The notes below the pieces were generated by a model, which searched no databases, was not told where the DNA came from, and saw only the letters and a list, made by a program, of their open reading frames with translations. 64,000 bases of DNA from assembly GCF_963921235.1 (NCBI RefSeq), contig NC_086108.1, positions 82,276,001-82,340,000 of the forward strand, given 5' to 3'. Positions within the stretch are counted from its first letter, which is position 1, and each line of letters starts with the position of its first letter. Both the position numbers and the translations under genes were made by a program. The stretch is from Mobula hypostoma. Taxonomy: Eukaryota. Below, one piece after another: positions 63,575 to 64,000 of the stretch.

Positions 63575-63607
63575 GTGGCTGAGCAGATCTTCAGTAGGTT
63601 GAAGTGA
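63575..63607 (+). CDS. UQCRH: UQCRH-like coding exon 4
   Basis: ttccag acceptor; VAEQIFSRLK*; the spliced protein is 88 aa. Confidence 0.92.
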   Translation: MAEQIFSRLK

Positions 63608-63749
63608 AGTCCAATTCTGGAAGAAAAGTACTCGAATTCCATGTCCAATTCTGAAGAAGGTATATGACACATGAATCTTCGTGGTCCACTGCACAATGAT
63701 TCGGGTATTACTGTGTCTGTAACTGAGTTTGGTGCCAGCAATTGTCATT

Positions 63750-63755
63750 AATAAA
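63750..63755 (+). terminator. UQCRH: Polyadenylation signal of UQCRH
   Basis: AATAAA about 140 nt after the stop codon, followed by T-rich sequence. Confidence 0.75.
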
Positions 63756-64000
63756 TTTATTGAACTTAAACACCTGTAATTTGCTTTTTATTTCATACAG
63801 ACTGCTTACAGTTGAATGGATAGTCCCTTTGCAAGTAGATTTTTTATTTCTGTCCTTTTAAGTGTCAATTTAGGCAAATTCAGGATATACATTCGGACTA
63901 TGACTATCTTGTATCTTGACTGTCTTCTCTACATTCTGTTTTTAACATGAAAATTATTTAGATTTACAATTCACAAAACCATTTTATCCACGCAAGTTAA

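Overview
Vertebrate genomic DNA. The repeat repertoire (esterase-bearing CR1, Rex1/Babar, HE1/V-SINE-like and Penelope-like elements) suggests a cartilaginous fish, probably a ray or skate; this is an inference. Two intron-containing genes lie in tandem on the + strand. PIGB (GPI mannosyltransferase 3) is represented by 11 coding exons (2630-38541); its first exon lies upstream of the window. A complete 4-exon UQCRH-like gene (cytochrome bc1 hinge protein, 88 aa, 48653-63607) has a CpG-rich promoter and an AATAAA signal. Much of the remaining sequence is decayed, often nested, transposable elements: CR1, Rex1/Babar, RTE, Penelope-like, Tc1, Tigger/pogo, hAT, SINEs and a probable solo LTR. Main observations: (1) a minor-spliceosome (U12) intron in PIGB that keeps frame only with non-canonical AT-AA ends, with a frameshifting AG one base away; (2) a decayed HDV/CPEB3-like ribozyme fold at the 5' end of a short RTE-derived element; (3) decayed minimal hammerhead motifs in Penelope-type terminal repeats; (4) a PIGB-UQCRH adjacency that differs from human; (5) a 254-nt near-perfect hairpin in PIGB intron 10. 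No prokaryotic, CRISPR, rRNA or tRNA genes are supported. Exon numbers and family names rely on recalled homology, not database searches. Repeat boundaries are approximate unless a TSD or TIR is given.
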